A DNA stretch of 24,000 nucleotides from an uncultured Solirubrobacterales bacterium. Its GTDB lineage: Bacteria > Actinomycetota > Thermoleophilia > Solirubrobacterales > Solirubrobacteraceae. Shown here in pieces: positions 23,382-24,000 of this stretch (position 1 is its first letter; every line of letters starts with the position of its first letter). The translations under genes were made by a program, and so were the position numbers. The notes beneath the pieces are model-generated. The model was not told the origin of the DNA. It worked only from the letters and a program-made list of their open reading frames with translations, and ran no database searches. Where the stretch lies: contig CAWIOK010000013.1 of assembly GCA_963837655.1 (NCBI GenBank), positions 54,078 through 78,077 of the forward strand. Direction: 5' to 3'.

Positions 23382-24000
23382 ATGCCGAGGGGCTACGGCC
23401 TGAGTGAGGCGACGAAGGACGGGATCTGGGAGCTGCGAGCGGTGGGGCTGAGCGATCGCGAGATCGGGCGCCGGCTCGGCCTTGCGCGGGGAGCGTGAGC
23501 AACCACCTGGCGCGGACGGGAAGCATCCGGCCCAGGGCCCGCCGGCGCCCCGAGAGGTGCCTGAGCTTCGAAGAGCGCGAGGAGATCTCGCGCGCGATCG
23601 CCCGCGGGCACTCGGCCCGCGCCATCGCCCGGGCACTTCGCCGCTCCCACACGACGATCGCCCGTGAGATCAACCGCTGCGGCGGACGGCGGCGCTACCG
23701 CGCCCACGCCGCAGAGCGCGAGGCCTGGCGGCGCTCGCGGCGGCCGCGACCGACGAGGCTCGAGCTCAGTCCCGAGCTTCGCCGAGTGGTCTCAGAACGC
23801 CTCCAAGATGACCACTCTCCCGAGCAGATCGCGGGCTGGCTGCGACTCCGCTATCCCGACAATGAGGCGATGTGCGTCTCCCACGAGACGATCTACCGCG
23901 CCCGCTACGTCCAGGCGCTGAGGACGCTTCGGCGAGAGCTGATCCGGCACCTGAGGCGAGGACGGTCTAGGCGCTATGCCTGCTCTCAATCGTCAAAGGG
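23382..24000 (+). mobile_element. IS30-family transposase gene, 5' part, frame broken at a G-run, continues past window end
   Basis: ATG 23382 follows GAGGGAGG and gives MPRGYGLSEATKDGIWELRAVGLSDREIGRRLGLARG, then a stop at 23496. The -1 frame continues SVSNHLARTGSIRPRARRRPERCLSFEEREEISRAIARGHSARAIARALRRSHTTIAREINRCGGRRRYRAHAAEREAWRRSRRPRPTRLELSPELRRVVSERLQDDHSPEQIAGWLRLRYPDNEAMCVSHETIYRARYV.. to the window edge. That is the double-HTH N-terminus plus the SPEQIAGWL/VSHETIY block typical of IS30 transposases. The break is at GGGG 23488-23491. Inverted repeats were not identified. Confidence 0.8.

Noticed and set aside
23482-23498. Programmed -1 ribosomal frameshift in the IS30 transposase
   Set aside because: Programmed frameshifting is characteristic of IS1 and IS3 families, not IS30. 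There is no A/U-rich slippery heptamer. The break sits in a GGGG run inside a normally contiguous double-HTH region, so a 1-nt deletion or sequencing error is more likely.
1-24000. CRISPR arrays, rRNA, riboswitches (for example cobalamin) or retron/DGR-like elements
   Set aside because: No regularly spaced 25-40-bp repeats, no rRNA-like conserved stretches, no reverse-transcriptase ORF and no recognisable B12-riboswitch core were seen. Repeats are limited to the 12-bp duplication, the (CCA)5 tract, the operator arrays and the two 175-bp units.

Overview
High-GC, Actinomycetota-style chromosomal DNA; no organism can be assigned from the sequence. It falls into three parts.
(1) 1-8.8 kb holds ordinary genes: a small soluble protein, a PF03773-like permease, a cytidylate-kinase-like protein, a SulP-MerR operon, an amidohydrolase plus FAD-monooxygenase aromatic-catabolism pair with a divergent frameshifted TetR gene, and a small P-loop ATPase.
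(2) 8.8-16.4 kb is bounded by two ~175-bp direct repeats. Each repeat carries the identical last 40 nt of a tRNA-Phe(GAA), from the anticodon loop to the acceptor end, so they look like attachment-site scars. This segment carries a CarH/LitR-type B12 photoreceptor regulator with 11-bp-phased TnnACA operator arrays, a secreted tandem-repeat protein, a clear heliorhodopsin, a deletion scar fusing a 5'-truncated second B12-binding regulator to a 5'-truncated SigJ/ECF41-like sigma gene, a GST and a hypothetical gene.
(3) 16.4-24 kb looks like a second island. It contains rearranged debris of a restriction-ATPase-like gene, an IS110 transposase remnant, a frameshifted IS30 transposase at the window edge, and between them a tightly coupled three-gene minus-strand operon (562, 681 and 470 aa) that is visibly less GC-rich. 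I cannot place its products in any family, except that the third protein has an ordered D...ExK...QxxxY RecB/Cas4-like nuclease motif set. That operon is my best candidate for an undescribed, possibly defence or conflict, system.
No rRNA, intact tRNA or CRISPR array was seen. There are several reading-frame breaks, some at short G/C runs, so assembly error and true pseudogenisation cannot be told apart here.
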